The notes under the pieces were generated by a model, which saw only the letters and a list, made by a program, of their open reading frames with translations, did no database searches and was not told where the DNA came from. From positions 868,001 to 932,000 of the forward strand of contig OZ024744.1 in NCBI GenBank assembly GCA_964016885.1: a stretch of 64,000 nucleotides of DNA, read 5' to 3'. Made by a program: the position numbers and the translations under genes. Source of the stretch: Eledone cirrhosa. Taxonomy: Eukaryota. Of the stretch, positions 63,101 to 64,000 are shown in pieces. Numbering within the stretch: the stretch's first letter is position 1; every line of letters begins with the position of its first letter.

Positions 63101-64000
63101 ATAGCTTGGTGAAGAACGAAGTTTTGAGGGAAGACAAGGTAGAGAAAGATAGCTTGATGAAGAACGAAGTTTTGAGGGAAGACAAGGTAGAGAAAGATAG
63201 CTTGGTGAAGAACGAAGTTTTGGGGGAAGACAAGGTAGAGAAATATAGCTCGGTGAAGAACGAAGTTTTGAGGGAAGACAAGGTAGAGAAAGATAGCTTG
63301 GTGAAGGACGAAGTTTTGGGGGAAGACAAGGTAGAGAAAGATAGCTTGGTGAAGAACGAAGTTTTGAGGGAAGACAAGGTAGAGAAAGATAGCTTGATGA
63401 AGAACGAAGTTTTGAGGGAAGACAAGGTAGAGAAAGATAGCTTGGTGAAGAACGAAGTTTTGGGGGAAGACAAGGTAGAGAAAGATAGCTTGATGAAGTA
63501 CGAAGTTTTGGGGGAAGACAAGGAAGAGAAAGATAGCTTGGTGAAGAACGAAGTTTTAGGGAAGACAAGGTAGAGAAAGATAGCTTGGTGAAGAACGAAG
63601 TTTTGGGGGAAGACAAGGTAGAGAAAGATAGCTTGGTGAAGAACGAAGTTTTGCGGGAAGACAAGGTAGAGAAATATAGCTTGGTGAAGAACGAAGTTTT
63701 GAGGGAAGACAAGGTAGAGAAAGATAGTTGGTGAAGAACGAAATTTTGAGGGAAGACAAGGTAGAGAAAGATAGCTTGATGAAGAACAAAGTTTTGAGGG
63801 AAGACAAGGTAGAGAAAGATAGCTTGATGAAGTACGAAGTTTTGGGGGAAGACAAGGTAGAGAAAGATAGCTTGGTGAAGAACGAAGTTTTGAGGGAAGA
63901 CAAGGTAGAGAAAGATAGCTTGATGAAGAACGAAGTTTTGAGGGAAGACAAGGTAGAGAAAGATAGCTTGGTGAAGAACGAAGTTTTGAGGGAAGACAAG

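Larger units (their letters stand above)
1..64000. repeat. 48-bp satellite tandem array, about 1,335 head-to-tail monomers, extending past both window ends
   Basis: All sequence read matches TTGGTGAAGAACGAAGTTTTG(A/G)GGGAAGACAAGGTAGAGAAAGATAGC with few substitutions per copy and occasional 47-bp copies. No spacer, inversion or foreign insertion was seen. All + ORFs are the same 16-aa unit. Confidence 0.99.

Noticed and set aside
1063-63562. TTTAGGG plant telomere motif and G-tracts (telomeric or G-quadruplex array)
   Set aside because: TTTAGGG appears only as isolated single copies created by a 1-bp deletion. There is only one run of three or more G per 48 bp, too widely spaced for a canonical G4.
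182-63573. Well over 100 short + ORFs (MVKNE...) with overlapping stop/start, resembling a translationally coupled operon or programmed frameshifting
   Set aside because: The TTG 'starts' are the monomer's Leu codon, and the overlap is produced automatically by the C deletion (TAGTTGGTGA). There are no unique domains, promoters or terminators, and nonsense and frameshift variants are freely amplified.
710-63999. Giant minus-strand ORFs (up to 3441 aa, e.g. 13203-23528, 35659-44367)
   Set aside because: The + consensus has no TTA, CTA or TCA, so all three minus frames are open by default. The ORFs overlap in all frames, cycle through three peptides at each 1-bp deletion, and end only at rare variants such as TTCATG, CTTAG or TTTAGG.
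1-64000. CRISPR array
   Set aside because: No unique spacers, no leader and no cas genes; the whole 48 bp is repeated.
1-64000. Antigenic-variation or diversity-generating cassette library
   Set aside because: Variants are few, inherited in duplicated blocks and often inactivating. No recombinase, reverse transcriptase or expression locus is present in the window.
1-64000. Pure sequencing/assembly artefact or synthetic concatemer
   Set aside because: Variants are linked, hierarchical and regionally structured, with private differences between block copies, which random error would not produce. Exact copy numbers of the 5-6 kb blocks still need read validation.
1-64000. Embedded transposon, inversion or RNA gene
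   Set aside because: No non-monomer or reverse-complement segment was found, and the ORF track shows only monomer-derived peptides throughout.

Overview
The whole 64 kb window is one uninterrupted head-to-tail tandem array (satellite DNA) of a 48-bp monomer, consensus TTGGTGAAGAACGAAGTTTTG(A/G)GGGAAGACAAGGTAGAGAAAGATAGC. It holds about 1,335 copies in one orientation and runs off both window ends. The + strand is about 75% purine (consensus 19A/17G/9T/3C, about 42% GC). I see no unique sequence, RNA gene, transposon, CRISPR array or credible protein-coding gene. The ORFs follow from the monomer itself: it is 16 codons long with one open + frame (LVKNEVL[R/G]EDKVEKDS) and has no stop codon in any - frame. 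The information lies in the variants. A small set of diagnostic substitutions and 1-bp deletions marks nested higher-order repeats (HORs): 2-mer, 3-mer, 17/19-mer, 25-mer, 33/35-mer, and recent block duplications of 5,027, 5,652 and 5,940 bp. There are also regional sub-families and signs of recombination or gene conversion. The organisation resembles a eukaryotic (peri)centromeric or heterochromatic satellite, but I cannot name the family or organism from sequence alone. I found no evidence for a novel gene system.
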